This document shows positions 16,324 through 26,234 of a DNA stretch of 26,750 nucleotides, piece after piece. The stretch is from a virus (taxonomy: Duplodnaviria > Heunggongvirae > Uroviricota > Caudoviricetes). How positions within the stretch are numbered: the stretch's first letter is position 1; every line of letters starts with the position of its first letter. The notes under the pieces are model-generated. The model did no database searches. It saw only the letters and a program-made list of their open reading frames with translations, and was not told where the DNA came from. A program made the position numbers and the translations under genes. The DNA lies in the IMG/VR virus record IMGVR_UViG_2529293065_000012. The stretch is one strand, 5' to 3'.

Positions 16324-17124
16324 ATGATTACTCCTGCACAGCAACACTGGCAGAACGTGATGGCACAGCGCGCAGGCCGGGCGAATGAAGGCGTGGACCA
16401 CGCCGCGCGTACCGCGCATGAAGAGGTGCTGTATCGTCTGCGTCTGGCACAGGCCCGGCTTAAGGGCGTACAGGCCAGAAGCGCGAAAGCCGCCATCAAA
16501 AAAGAGTTGTTGCCGGACTTTTCCGGCTGGATTGAGGGAACGCTGGAGGCTGACGGTGGGCAGCAGGATGAAGTGATTGCCACGCTGATGGTGTGGGCGA
16601 TTGACTGCGGCGATCTTCCGCTGGCGCTGCGTATTGGTGCATATGTGGTCCGTCACAACCTCATCATGCCGGATAACTTTGGCCGTACTGCTGCCACAGT
16701 GCTGACCGAAGAAATCTGCAATCCGGTACTGACGCAGGCCGGGACGGATGCCGACGCGGATTTGTCCGCCTTTATCGAACCACTGGACCCCCTCCGGGAG
16801 ATTGTCACCGACCAGGACATGCCGGACGAAGTGCGCGCCAAATTATGCAAGGCGTGTGCCTTTGCCCGTCGTGGCCTGACCGATGCAGACAGCATGGCCC
16901 TGTCACTGAAGCTGCTGCGCGAAGCGATGCACCTGAACCCGAACGCAGGTGTGAAACGCGAGATTGCAACCCTTTCCCGCGCCCTGAAGAAAGCCGATTC
17001 CGCAGCCGCACCAGAAGACGCCAGCGCACAGCAGGCGCAGGACGAAAGCAGCAAAAGTAAAAAGACAACGCGGAAGCCTGCAACACGAAAAACCACCGCG
17101 ACGCAGAAGGCGAAGCGCGGTTAA
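16324..17124 (+). CDS. M: Terminase small (endonuclease) subunit (P2 gpM family)
   Basis: 266 aa. Synteny after N; basic C-terminal tail. Confidence 0.85.
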   Translation: MITPAQQHWQNVMAQRAGRANEGVDHAARTAHEEVLYRLRLAQARLKGVQARSAKAAIKKELLPDFSGWIEGTLEADGGQQDEVIATLMVWAIDCGDLPLALRIGAYVVRHNLIMPDNFGRTAATVLTEEICNPVLTQAGTDADADLSAFIEPLDPLREIVTDQDMPDEVRAKLCKACAFARRGLTDADSMALSLKLLREAMHLNPNAGVKREIATLSRALKKADSAAAPEDASAQQAQDESSKSKKTTRKPATRKTTATQKAKRG

Positions 17125-17140
17125 CGACTGACCCCGTCAG

Positions 17141-17211
17141 CGGGCGGCGTGCGCGGTGTTCCGGTTTGACTCCGTGACCGTTTACACCGCGCACCCACCG
17201 CCCGATTTTTT
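17141..17211 (+). terminator. GC-rich stem-loop followed by a T6 run between M and L (candidate intra-operon terminator/attenuator)
   Basis: 11-bp perfect stem (17150-17160 / 17184-17194) with imperfect extensions, then TTTTTT at 17206-17211. Confidence 0.35.
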
Positions 17212-17225
17212 CAGGAGTGAACCCC

Positions 17226-17720
17226 ATGAGTATGGTTGCCAGAACCAACCCCGGACCCGCAGAGGACGACATCACCGATACCGATGATGGTGATACCCGT
17301 ATTTCAGCGGGCGCATTCTGGCCGGATATTGTGCTGCGTGAGCTGCGTCTGGCGGTACGACTGCCGGGCCGTGTGACCACCTCCCGCCTGCTGCATACCG
17401 CCACCGGGGCCGTGGCACACGTTACCCGCGAGCTGGAAGCGTGGCAGCAGGAACAGCAGGCGGCTGGCCATCAGACGCTGGCCGATGTTCCGGCACCCGT
17501 AATTAACGGAGAAAGCGTCAATCTCTGGCACTGGCGCAATGCTGTTTATACCGCCACACGCGCCCTGATTCTGGAGCGTTACCGCGATGCGGACACAACG
17601 GACAAGGGCGACCGCCGGGCGGACGCACTGGATATACAGACATCGGATTTGTGGCGCGATGTGAGCTGGGCCATCTCTGACATTCTGTGCCGCCCGCGAA
17701 TCTTTGCGGAGTTGTGCTGA
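17226..17720 (+). CDS. L: Head completion/stabilisation protein (P2 gpL family)
   Basis: ATG at 17226 with CAGGAG 8 nt upstream, inside ORF 17217..17720. Synteny. Confidence 0.85.
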   Translation: MSMVARTNPGPAEDDITDTDDGDTRISAGAFWPDIVLRELRLAVRLPGRVTTSRLLHTATGAVAHVTRELEAWQQEQQAAGHQTLADVPAPVINGESVNLWHWRNAVYTATRALILERYRDADTTDKGDRRADALDIQTSDLWRDVSWAISDILCRPRIFAELC

Positions 17721-17920
17721 TGAAAGTGAAGGCACTGGAAGGCGACACCGTGGATTCGCTCTGTTTCCGGTACTACGGCACGACGCAGGGCGTCACCGAA
17801 AAGGTGCTGGATGCCAACCCCGGACTCTGTCAGCAGGTAGTTCTGGACGCCGGGCAGGACGTGGAGATGCCGGAGCCGGAGAAGAAGAAACGAGAAATGA
17901 TTCAGTTGTGGGGGGGGTAG
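17720..17920 (+). CDS. X: Tail protein X (P2 gpX family)
   Basis: 66 aa. MKVKALEGDTVDSLCFRYYG...VLDANPGL parallels P2 X. Confidence 0.8.
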   Translation: MKVKALEGDTVDSLCFRYYGTTQGVTEKVLDANPGLCQQVVLDAGQDVEMPEPEKKKREMIQLWGG

Positions 17921-17922
17921 TA

Positions 17923-18246
17923 GTGAGCACCATTCAAACAGGGATCACAGAGCAGGTTATTGTGTGGCTCTTTGACCACCTGCCAACGGTGTATGCAGCA
18001 GGCGCGGCGGTCAGCATTTCCGCGCTGATGAGTCTTTATGACGGACGAACGCTGGTTCAGACCGTAACGGGATCGCTGGCGTGCGGCGTTCTTGCCATGG
18101 CCGTGGCCGGGTCGTTGCGCTTCTTCGGAGTTCCTGAAGATGCCGTGACGTTTTTCGGCGCATCTATCGGTTTTATGGGCGCAGAAAAAGCACGCGACAA
18201 GATCATTGCCGCCTTTAACCGCATAACCCAAAAGGGAGATGAATAA
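17923..18246 (+). CDS. Holin
   Basis: GTG start after a G7 run. Two to three hydrophobic helices and a charged C-terminus. Position between X and the endolysin. Confidence 0.7.
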   Translation: MSTIQTGITEQVIVWLFDHLPTVYAAGAAVSISALMSLYDGRTLVQTVTGSLACGVLAMAVAGSLRFFGVPEDAVTFFGASIGFMGAEKARDKIIAAFNRITQKGDE

Positions 18247-18300
18247 ATCGCAGGCTTAAAGCCGGTAATCACCATAAAAATCATTCACAGAGATGACGAA

Positions 18301-18846
18301 ATGAAATCGAAAGACGAAATTTTTGATGCCGTTCTTGGCAAAGAAGGCGGCTACGTCAATCACCCGGATGACAGAGGCGGTCCGACAAAATGGGGCATCA
18401 CTGAAAAGGTGGCACGGGCGCACGGATACCGTGGCGATATGCGTGATTTAACGCGCGGACAGGCACTGGAAATCCTTGAAGCTGATTACTGGTACGGACC
18501 GCGTTTTGATCAGATAGCGAAGCTGTCCCCGGATATTGCCGCAGAACTGTGTGACACCGGAGTAAATATGGGACCGTCTGTGGCAACCAGAATGCTTCAG
18601 CGCTGGCTGAACGCATTCAATCAGGGCGGGAAACTGTATCCCGATATGGACACAGACGGACGCACTGGCCCACGCACGATTAACGCATTACGTGCATATC
18701 TGGAAAAACGCGGTCGGGGCGGCGAGATGGTGATGTTAACAGCACTGAACTGTACACAGGGTGAACGCTATCTGGAGCTGGCGGAAAAACGCGAAGCCAA
18801 CGAGTCGTTTGTCTACGGCTGGATAAAGGAACGCGTGGCAGCATGA
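18301..18846 (+). CDS. Endolysin, GH108-type N-acetylmuramidase with a peptidoglycan-binding domain
   Basis: EGGYVNHPDDRGGPTKWGIT is the hallmark N-terminal motif of the GH108 family. Lies in the lysis cassette. Confidence 0.8.
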   Translation: MKSKDEIFDAVLGKEGGYVNHPDDRGGPTKWGITEKVARAHGYRGDMRDLTRGQALEILEADYWYGPRFDQIAKLSPDIAAELCDTGVNMGPSVATRMLQRWLNAFNQGGKLYPDMDTDGRTGPRTINALRAYLEKRGRGGEMVMLTALNCTQGERYLELAEKREANESFVYGWIKERVAA

Positions 18847-19250
18847 GGTTATGGACTTCTCTGGGCGTCGCTTTTCTTCTGATTGCCGCATGGGGAACAT
18901 CCATGCGTCTGTCGTGGTCGCTGGGCCGGGAGAACGCCAGAAACGAAGCGCAGGCCAGCACCCTGAAAAGTACCGTCGACACCCTGAATATCATCAGCGC
19001 CGGGGTACAGGATATGCAGCAGGTGCTGGCACAACTCCGCACGGAAAATCAGCAACGCAATCAGGACGGAGAGGCCAGACGTGAACAGCTACGCAACGAT
19101 ATTGCAAAAGATGAATGCGCCCACGCTTTGCCTGACGCTCGTTTTACTGACAGGTTGCGCAGGCACGCAGAACGCGCCACGGCCAGCGCCGTCAGTCCGG
19201 CTTATACCGCAGACGCTGACCATACCGGTAACGCCTCCCCCCTTCCCTGA
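18843..19250 (+). CDS. LysB-like inner-membrane spanin
   Basis: ATGA overlap with the endolysin stop. N-terminal TM helix then a coiled-coil-like region. Confidence 0.65.
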   Translation: MRLWTSLGVAFLLIAAWGTSMRLSWSLGRENARNEAQASTLKSTVDTLNIISAGVQDMQQVLAQLRTENQQRNQDGEARREQLRNDIAKDECAHALPDARFTDRLRRHAERATASAVSPAYTADADHTGNASPLP

Positions 19251-19401
19251 CACTCCCACATGGGGAAATCTCGGTATATGGGGCGACCGCCTTCTGGATG
19301 CACTGGAAACCTGTAACGCGGATAAACGGGCCATTGAATTACTGGAACAGCGCAGGCTGCAACGACTGAACAACGAGGACAACAACCATGCTGAAAACTG
19401 A
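19111..19401 (+). CDS. LysC-like outer-membrane lipoprotein spanin, overlapping the 3' end of lysB in another frame
   Basis: Signal peptide with lipobox LLTGC then a Pro-rich segment, inside ORF 19081..19401. Overlapping spanin arrangement as in P2 lysB/lysC. Confidence 0.65.
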   Translation: MNAPTLCLTLVLLTGCAGTQNAPRPAPSVRLIPQTLTIPVTPPPFPDTPTWGNLGIWGDRLLDALETCNADKRAIELLEQRRLQRLNNEDNNHAEN

Positions 19402-19855
19402 TTCCCTGCGTGAAGCCATGACCCGTTCATGCCGATGGTGTCAGGCCAACCCGGAAAAATTCACCATTTTCGTGGAGAGCGGCAACATTGAAACGACCGG
19501 AGAAACCCCATCGTTTGTTTACCGCTATCAGATGGTGATGTTTGTTATGGATTACGCCGGGGAGCTGGACGACCTCACGCTGCCGCTGCTGGCGTGGTTA
19601 TCCGAAAATCAGCCACAGTTGTTGCTCAACCCTGAGCGTAATCAGGACATCAAATTCTCCGCCGTTATCAATGACGATGACAGCGCCGATCTCCTGTTTA
19701 CGCTCCCCCTGCGGGAACGCGTTCGCATCACGCGCAGCAGTCAGGACACACCGCAGGCAGAACACCTGCCGGAGCCAAAACCCCGCCTGCCATCTTCCGA
19801 AGGCGACTGGTCGCATGTATTCCAGGATGTGACGTGGGGTGAAAGCGATGGATAA
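19388..19855 (+). CDS. R: Tail completion protein (P2 gpR family)
   Basis: 155 aa. Synteny and length match P2 R. Confidence 0.85.
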   Translation: MLKTDSLREAMTRSCRWCQANPEKFTIFVESGNIETTGETPSFVYRYQMVMFVMDYAGELDDLTLPLLAWLSENQPQLLLNPERNQDIKFSAVINDDDSADLLFTLPLRERVRITRSSQDTPQAEHLPEPKPRLPSSEGDWSHVFQDVTWGESDG

Positions 19856-20483
19856 GGCATTCACCCGCGTGGATGAAACCTTTGAGGCCATCCGCGACAG
19901 CCTGAATCAGCAGGCCATCAATAACATCGCCAGAAAGCTGGCACAGGATTTACGCCGCGCCCAGCAGGCGCGTATCCGGTCACAGAAAGCGCCGGACGGG
20001 ACCGCGTGGACACCACGCAGACGCCGCGTAACCCGGATACAGGAGCGCATTCGCTTTATCTGGAATAACGAAGCACGCACGCTGAAAAACTGGCATCACG
20101 ACACGGGGAAATACGGGCAAACCATTACCGGGTGGGATGAGGATAAAAACAATATCCGCACGTTTTACCGGGATGACATCGACCGTTTTCTGGAAATACG
20201 CACCCGGCGCATCAACCAGGACAGCACAAAGCGCGTCCCCATGTTCGTAAAACTGCGCACCGCCCGCTACCTGAAAGCCCGTGCAGATGCTTCCGGTGTG
20301 ACGGTGGGTTACAGCGGCGTGGCCGCACGTATTGCACGCGTTCATCAGTTCGGTGAGCGCGATCAAGTTGCGCCGGGCATTTTCACCGATTACCCGGTAC
20401 GTGAGCTGCTGGGTATCAGCCAGGCAGATGAGCGCCTGATTTATAACACGGTGCTGGGCCGGATTGCGGAGGCTGTACGGTGA
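19839..20483 (+). CDS. S: Tail completion / virion morphogenesis protein (P2 gpS family)
   Basis: Synteny. Overlaps the R stop. Confidence 0.8.
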   Translation: MKAMDKAFTRVDETFEAIRDSLNQQAINNIARKLAQDLRRAQQARIRSQKAPDGTAWTPRRRRVTRIQERIRFIWNNEARTLKNWHHDTGKYGQTITGWDEDKNNIRTFYRDDIDRFLEIRTRRINQDSTKRVPMFVKLRTARYLKARADASGVTVGYSGVAARIARVHQFGERDQVAPGIFTDYPVRELLGISQADERLIYNTVLGRIAEAVR

Positions 20484-21061
20484 GCGCAGAACTCATGCGA
20501 CTGCTGAGCAACATCATTCGCACCGGGATCATCTCTGAAGTTGATGAGAAGTCCTGGCGCGTGCGCGTTCGCAGCGGCGAACTGGAAACAGGCTGGCTGC
20601 GCTGGAACACCACGCGCGCGGGAGCCTTCAATGTGTGGCTGCCGCCATCACCAGGCGAACAGGTGGTAATTGCCTGCATTGGCGGCAACCCGGAAACCGC
20701 CATGATAATTGGCAGCCTGTGGAGTGATGCCAGTCCGGCCCCCGGCAAAAGCCTGAAAGAAATCGTGGTCAGCGCGCCGGATGGCGCGGTGTTCCGCTAC
20801 GACGCAGACGCTGGCGCACTGAGCGCCAGCGGCATGAAAACAGCCACCCTGCAGGCATCCGTCAGCGTGACACTGGATACGCCCGTCGTGGAATGCACAG
20901 ACCTTCTGAGAACAGCGACGCTTGACGTCACAAAAGGGGGAAAGATGAGCGGCAATATCACGCACAGCGGCGGCGATTTCACCTCAAACGGCATCACAGT
21001 GCATACGCATAAGCACGGTGGCGTTAAAGGTGGCAGCGATTCGACAGGAGGCCCGCAGTGA
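20480..21061 (+). CDS. V: Baseplate spike protein (P2 gpV family)
   Basis: 193 aa. ATGA-type overlap with S. C-terminal HTHKHGG-like Gly/His-rich apex. Confidence 0.85.
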   Translation: MSAELMRLLSNIIRTGIISEVDEKSWRVRVRSGELETGWLRWNTTRAGAFNVWLPPSPGEQVVIACIGGNPETAMIIGSLWSDASPAPGKSLKEIVVSAPDGAVFRYDADAGALSASGMKTATLQASVSVTLDTPVVECTDLLRTATLDVTKGGKMSGNITHSGGDFTSNGITVHTHKHGGVKGGSDSTGGPQ

Positions 21062-21408
21062 CAACCCGCTACACAGGAATGAATCCGGACGGGACGGGAA
21101 ACCTGAACGATACGGAGCACCTGAAACAGTCAGTCAGGGACATCCTGACCACCCCGCTGGCAAGCCGGGTTATGCGACGGGAATATGGCAGCCTTGTGCC
21201 TGATTTAATTGACGAACCCATGAATAACACCACGCGTCTGCAATGCATGAGTGCTGCCGTGATTGCGCTGACACGATGGGAACCCCGCATTGCCCTGGAC
21301 GCCATCGACGTTGTCTGGAAGGCAGGAGGCCGCGCCGGGGTGACGCTGTCGGGCACTGTCATGCAGACCATGCAGAATGTTGAATTAACCATCACGCTAA
21401 GGGAGTAA
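21058..21408 (+). CDS. W: Baseplate wedge protein (P2 gpW / gp25-like)
   Basis: 116 aa. Synteny. Overlaps the V stop. Confidence 0.85.
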   Translation: MTTRYTGMNPDGTGNLNDTEHLKQSVRDILTTPLASRVMRREYGSLVPDLIDEPMNNTTRLQCMSAAVIALTRWEPRIALDAIDVVWKAGGRAGVTLSGTVMQTMQNVELTITLRE

Positions 21409-21411
21409 ATC

Positions 21412-22308
21412 ATGCCTGCTGTTGACCTTTCCCAGTTACCGGAACCCGCCATCATCGCGGAGCCTGATTTTGAGGCAATTCTGGCTGACACAAAGGCCAT
21501 GATGATTGCGTCCTATCCTGCCGAACAGCGTGAAGCCGTCTCCGCCGCGCTGGAGCTGGAATCGGAACCCCTGAACGTTATCGCTCAAACCATGTCTTTT
21601 CGTGAAATGCTGTTACGCCAGCGGGTCAATGAGGGTGCACGCGCCTGCATGCTAAGCCACAGCGCTGGGACAGACCTGGACAACCTCGCGGGCAATATGA
21701 ACACAAAGCGCCTGGTTATCACTCCGGCAACGGATACCACCGACGCAGTGATGGAAAGTGACACCTCGCTGAGACTACGGGCGCAACGGGCATATGACGG
21801 TCTGAGTGTTGCTGGCCCGTCAGGTGCATACGAGTATTTTGCACGCAGCGCCAGCGGTCTGGTACGCGATGCGCGGGCCATCAGCCCGTCTCCGGCCAAC
21901 GTGACGGTTTCCATCCTGTCCACTGAGGGCGACGGCACAGCAACGGGGGCGTTGCTTAATACCGTTCGCGCCGTTCTGAATGCAGAGGATACCCGCCCGG
22001 TGGCCGACCGCCTGACCGTACAGAGTGCCAGAATCGTGACATGGCGGCTGAATGCAAAACTGTACTTTTACCCCGGCCCGGAATCCGAACCTATTCTGGC
22101 CGCGGCAGAATCGTCGTTCAGGAAGTGGCTGTCTGAGCAGGGGCTTATCGGTCAGGACGTGGCGTTGTCAGCCATTGCTGCCGCACTGCATGTGCACGGT
22201 GTGCAACGCGTGGAGATAATCGAACCCACACAAAATATGGCCATCAGCGACATACAGGCGGCGCGCTGTGAGTCATTCACCATCAGCGAAGGTGGGCGTA
22301 ATGAGTAA
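21412..22308 (+). CDS. J: Baseplate protein J
   Basis: 298 aa. Synteny and length match P2 J. Confidence 0.9.
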   Translation: MPAVDLSQLPEPAIIAEPDFEAILADTKAMMIASYPAEQREAVSAALELESEPLNVIAQTMSFREMLLRQRVNEGARACMLSHSAGTDLDNLAGNMNTKRLVITPATDTTDAVMESDTSLRLRAQRAYDGLSVAGPSGAYEYFARSASGLVRDARAISPSPANVTVSILSTEGDGTATGALLNTVRAVLNAEDTRPVADRLTVQSARIVTWRLNAKLYFYPGPESEPILAAAESSFRKWLSEQGLIGQDVALSAIAAALHVHGVQRVEIIEPTQNMAISDIQAARCESFTISEGGRNE

Positions 22309-22831
22309 TTCACTGTTACCGCCATCAGCCAGCAATTTCATGCGTTGTGCCGAAGCTGTCGGAACGCGCATTACAGACATTCCGGTAGACCTCAACACAC
22401 TGTGGTCGCCGGACACCTGCCCGGTGCATCTGCTGCCTTATCTCGCCTGGGCATTTTCCGTTGACCGCTGGGATCGCAACTGGCCGGAAGAGACAAAGCG
22501 ACAGGTGATTCGTGATGCATGGCTGATACACCGACACAAAGGGACCATCAGCGCACTGCGCCGGGCCATTGAGCCGCTGGGATACCTCATTCGTGTGTCT
22601 GAGTGGTGGGAGTTCGGCGGAGAACCGGGAACATTTACCGTTGAAGTCGGCACGCTGGAGAGTGGCGTGACGGAGGAAATGTATCTGGAAATGGAGCGGT
22701 TGATTGCTGATGCCCGCCCGGTCAGCCGCCACATGACAGGGCTGAATATCATTCAGGAGATCCCGGGGGATATTTTCGCGGCGGCAGCAACTTACGACGG
22801 TGAAGTCATTACCATTTATCCGGACGATTAA
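22301..22831 (+). CDS. I: Baseplate/tail protein I
   Basis: ATG at 22301 with AAGGTGG upstream, inside ORF 22268..22831. Synteny. Confidence 0.85.
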   Translation: MSNSLLPPSASNFMRCAEAVGTRITDIPVDLNTLWSPDTCPVHLLPYLAWAFSVDRWDRNWPEETKRQVIRDAWLIHRHKGTISALRRAIEPLGYLIRVSEWWEFGGEPGTFTVEVGTLESGVTEEMYLEMERLIADARPVSRHMTGLNIIQEIPGDIFAAAATYDGEVITIYPDD

Positions 22832-22833
22832 GC

Positions 22834-25140
22834 ATGAGTACCACAACACGAAAATTTAAAACCATTATCACTGATACTGGTGCCAAAAAATTAGCTCAGG
22901 CAGCCGCGCCAGGTGGTAATCCTGTCCGCCTGACTCACATGGCCGTGGGCGACGGTGGCGGCACGTTGCCCACACCAGACAGTAAGCAGACCCGTCTGGT
23001 GCATGAGGTGTGGCGACATACTGTTAATCGCGTCATCCTGGACGCAACACATCAGAACCGCATTATTGCGGAGCTGGTTATTCCTCCTGAAACGGGCGGA
23101 TTCTGGATCCGGGAAATTGGTGTATTTGATGAGCACGGCGATTTAATCGCGGTGGGCAATACTGCCGAAAGTTACAAACCAACCGTTGCCGAAGGGTCCG
23201 GACGTGCACAAACATTTCGCACCATTCTGACCGTATCCAGCACTGCCACCGTGGCGCTTACCGTGGATAACACCATGGTGATGGCCACAGTGGATTACGT
23301 GGATGACAAACTGAAAGAGCATGAACAGTCACGACGTCACCCGGATGCCTCGCTGACCGCAAAAGGCTTTGTTCAACTCAGTAGCGCCACTAACAGCGAT
23401 TCTGAAACGCTGGCTGCAACGCCGAAAGCGGTTAAGGCCGCGTATGACCTGGCTAACGGAAAATATACCGCTCAGGACGCCACGACGGCACGAAAAGGGA
23501 TAGTCCAGCTCAGCAGTGCAACCAACAGCACGTCTGAAACGCTGGCTGCGACACCAAAAGCGGTTAAGGCGGTAATGGATGAAACGAACAAGAAAGCGCC
23601 CTTAAATAGTCCTGCACTGACCGGAACGCCAACAACGCCAACTGCGCCAAAAGGTACTAATAATACTCAGATCGCAAGTACGGCTTATGTGATGGCCGCG
23701 ATTGCCGCCCTTGTAGACTCGTCGCCTGACGCACTGAATACGCTGAACGAGTTAGCGGCGGCGCTGGGCAACGACCCGAATTTTGCGACCACCATGACTA
23801 ACGCGCTTGCGGGTAAGCAACCGAAAGATGCCACCCTGACGGCGCTGGCCGGGCTTGCTACTGCGGCAGACAGGTTTCCGTATTTTACGGGGAATGATGT
23901 CGCCAGCCTGGCAACCCTGACAAAAGTCGGGCGGGATATTCTTGCGAAATCGACCGTTGCTGCCGTTATCGAATACCTCGGTTTGCAGGAAACGGTAAAT
24001 AAGGCTTCTGGCGCATTACAGAAAAACCAGAACGGCGCAGATATTCCCGATAAAAAACTATTCCTGCGTAATATCGGCACAACAAATTCAACAACCATGT
24101 CTTTTAGTGGTGGTGCTGGATGGTTCAAACTGGCAACTGTAACAATGCCACAAGCCAGTTCCGTGGTTTACATAAGCCTGATTGGTGGCGCAGGGTATAA
24201 CGTTGGCTCCTCGCATCAAGCAGGCATCTCTGAGCTGGTTCTGCGTGCCGGAAATGGGAATCCAAAAGGTATTACTGGTGCATTATGGCGACGGACCTCG
24301 GTTGGATTTACTCATTTTGCATGGGTGAATACATCCGGTGATACCTATGACATTTATGTAGAAATAGGTAATTACGCCACAGGTGTTAATATTCAGTGGG
24401 ATTATACCAGTAACGCCAGCGTAACGATTCATACATCACCAACTTATACAGCGAATAAACCAACAGGCCTGACAGATGGAACTGTATATGTAATTTACAG
24501 TTCGCACATTAAACCGACTGCTGCTGAGGTTGGGGCGTTGTCATTATCTGGCGGTCAATTGAATGGTGCACTGGGCATCGGAACATCCAGTGTTCTTGGC
24601 GGTAACTCGATTGTTTTGGGGGATAATGATACTGGTTTCAAACAGAACGGCGATGGCCTTCTTGATGTTTATGCTAATAGTCAGCATGTATTCCGTTTCC
24701 AGAATGGCGTGGCTATTGCTTTAAAAAACATTCAGGCCGGAGATGGTAAAAAACTCTCGCTATCAAGCTCCAACAACTCCACAAAGAATGCAAGGTTTAA
24801 TTTATGGGGTAATTCATCCCGCCCCGTAGTTGCAGAACTTGGTGATGATTCAGGTTGGCATTTTTATAGTCAAAGAAATACAGATAATTCAGTATTGTTC
24901 TCCGTTAACGGTCAGATAAACCCCAACAACTGGAGTAACTTTGATTCTCGTTATGTGAGAGATGTCCGACTTGGTACACGTGTTGTTCAGACTATGCAAA
25001 AAGGCGTGATGTATGAGAAATCAGGTCATGCAATTACGGGGCTTGGCATTATTGGCGCTGTTGATGGCGATGATCCGGCTGTATTCAGACCAATACAAAA
25101 ATACATCAATGGCACATGGTATAACGTCGCACAGGTATAA
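22834..25140 (+). CDS. H: Tail fibre protein (P2 gpH family); constant N-terminal part joined to a switchable C-terminal part
   Basis: 768 aa. Conserved N-terminus. Internal duplicated LSSATNS-SETLAATPKAVKA motif. A recombination-site-like sequence at 23966-23993 marks the constant/variable junction. Confidence 0.9.
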   Translation: MSTTTRKFKTIITDTGAKKLAQAAAPGGNPVRLTHMAVGDGGGTLPTPDSKQTRLVHEVWRHTVNRVILDATHQNRIIAELVIPPETGGFWIREIGVFDEHGDLIAVGNTAESYKPTVAEGSGRAQTFRTILTVSSTATVALTVDNTMVMATVDYVDDKLKEHEQSRRHPDASLTAKGFVQLSSATNSDSETLAATPKAVKAAYDLANGKYTAQDATTARKGIVQLSSATNSTSETLAATPKAVKAVMDETNKKAPLNSPALTGTPTTPTAPKGTNNTQIASTAYVMAAIAALVDSSPDALNTLNELAAALGNDPNFATTMTNALAGKQPKDATLTALAGLATAADRFPYFTGNDVASLATLTKVGRDILAKSTVAAVIEYLGLQETVNKASGALQKNQNGADIPDKKLFLRNIGTTNSTTMSFSGGAGWFKLATVTMPQASSVVYISLIGGAGYNVGSSHQAGISELVLRAGNGNPKGITGALWRRTSVGFTHFAWVNTSGDTYDIYVEIGNYATGVNIQWDYTSNASVTIHTSPTYTANKPTGLTDGTVYVIYSSHIKPTAAEVGALSLSGGQLNGALGIGTSSVLGGNSIVLGDNDTGFKQNGDGLLDVYANSQHVFRFQNGVAIALKNIQAGDGKKLSLSSSNNSTKNARFNLWGNSSRPVVAELGDDSGWHFYSQRNTDNSVLFSVNGQINPNNWSNFDSRYVRDVRLGTRVVQTMQKGVMYEKSGHAITGLGIIGAVDGDDPAVFRPIQKYINGTWYNVAQV
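23966..23993. other. gix/hix-like crossover site for a Gin/Hin/Cin-family serine invertase, inside gene H
   Basis: TTATCGAATACCTCGGTTTGCAGGAAAC closely matches phage Mu gixL as I recall it (TTATCCAAAACCTCGGTTTACAGGAAAC). Confidence 0.6.
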
Positions 25141-25143
25141 TTT

Positions 25144-25671
25144 ATGCAGCATTTAAAAAATATTACTGCAGGTAATCCCAAAACTATCGAACAGTATCAA
25201 CTTACAAAAGAATTTGATGTTATCTGGTTATGGTCCGAAGACGGAAAAAACTGGTATGAGGAAGTGAAAAACTTTCAGCCAGACACAATAAAGATTGTTT
25301 ACGATGCAAATAATATTATTGTCGCCATCACCAAAGATGCCTCCACGCTTAACCCTGAAGGTTATAGCGTCGTTGAGGTTCCAGATATTACAGCCAACCG
25401 CCGCGCTGATGATTCCGGTAAGTGGATGTTTAGGGACGGAGCTGTGGTTAAACGGATTTATACGGCAGACGAGCAACAACAACAGGCCGAATCACAAAAG
25501 GCCGCGTTGCTTTCTGAAGCTGAAAGCGTTATTCAGCCACTGGAACGCGCTGTCAGGCTGAATATGGCGACGGATGAGGAGCGTACACGACTGGAGTCAT
25601 GGGAACGCTACAGCGTTCTGGTCAACCGTGTGGATACAGCAAAGCCCGAATGGCCACAAAAGCCTGAATAA
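25144..25671 (+). CDS. Tail fibre assembly chaperone (gpG/Tfa family), expressed in the current orientation
   Basis: 175 aa. Immediately follows H. N-terminal 40 aa nearly identical to the inverted copy. Confidence 0.85.
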   Translation: MQHLKNITAGNPKTIEQYQLTKEFDVIWLWSEDGKNWYEEVKNFQPDTIKIVYDANNIIVAITKDASTLNPEGYSVVEVPDITANRRADDSGKWMFRDGAVVKRIYTADEQQQQAESQKAALLSEAESVIQPLERAVRLNMATDEERTRLESWERYSVLVNRVDTAKPEWPQKPE

Positions 25672-25676
25672 AAATT

Positions 25677-25696
25677 AAGGCCCGCTATCGGGCCTT
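25677..25696. terminator. Stem-loop (AAGGCCCG / CGGGCCTT) between convergent tail-fibre assembly genes
   Basis: 8-bp stem with a 4-nt loop, flanked by A/T-rich runs on both sides. Confidence 0.45.
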
Positions 25697-25699
25697 GTC

Positions 25700-26233
25700 T
25701 CATTCAGGTTGTTCGGGAAATATTACTGGCAGGCTGGAGGTGTCTGTAGATTCGACTTTCTGCGCATAGAGCATCCACTCGGTTAATTTTTGTTTATTCT
25801 CGTCGGAAATGATGCCCAGCCGTAGCTGTGAGTCCCATAGCTGTGTTTTATCCCTGACGAGCTGTAGCAGGCTTTGCTTTTCATTTTCCGCTTGTTGCCT
25901 CTGCTCTTCCTCGGTATAAGTTCGCTTTATCACTACGCCATCTTTGAACATCCAGTTGCCGGAAATATCAGCGCGTCGGTTTGCCGTAATATTGGGTAAC
26001 TCAACCACACTCATTCCCTCTGGATTAATCAGGGATACATCTTTCTCAATACAGCAAATAACACCCTCCTGGTTATATGCCACTTTTAACGTGTCAGGCT
26101 GGAAATTTTTCTGTTCCTCATACCAGTTCTTACCTTCTTCCGACCATAACCAGACAACATCAAATTCTTTTGTAAGTTGATACTGTTCGATAGTTTTGGG
26201 ATTTCCTGCTTTAATATTTTTTAAATGCTGCAT
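25700..26233 (-). CDS. Alternative tail fibre assembly chaperone (inverted orientation)
   Basis: ATG at 26231-26233 inside ORF 25700..26242. N-terminus [30 protein letters not shown] is near-identical to the plus-strand tfa. Confidence 0.8.
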   Translation of the reverse strand: MQHLKNIKAGNPKTIEQYQLTKEFDVVWLWSEEGKNWYEEQKNFQPDTLKVAYNQEGVICCIEKDVSLINPEGMSVVELPNITANRRADISGNWMFKDGVVIKRTYTEEEQRQQAENEKQSLLQLVRDKTQLWDSQLRLGIISDENKQKLTEWMLYAQKVESTDTSSLPVIFPEQPE

Positions 26234-26234
26234 A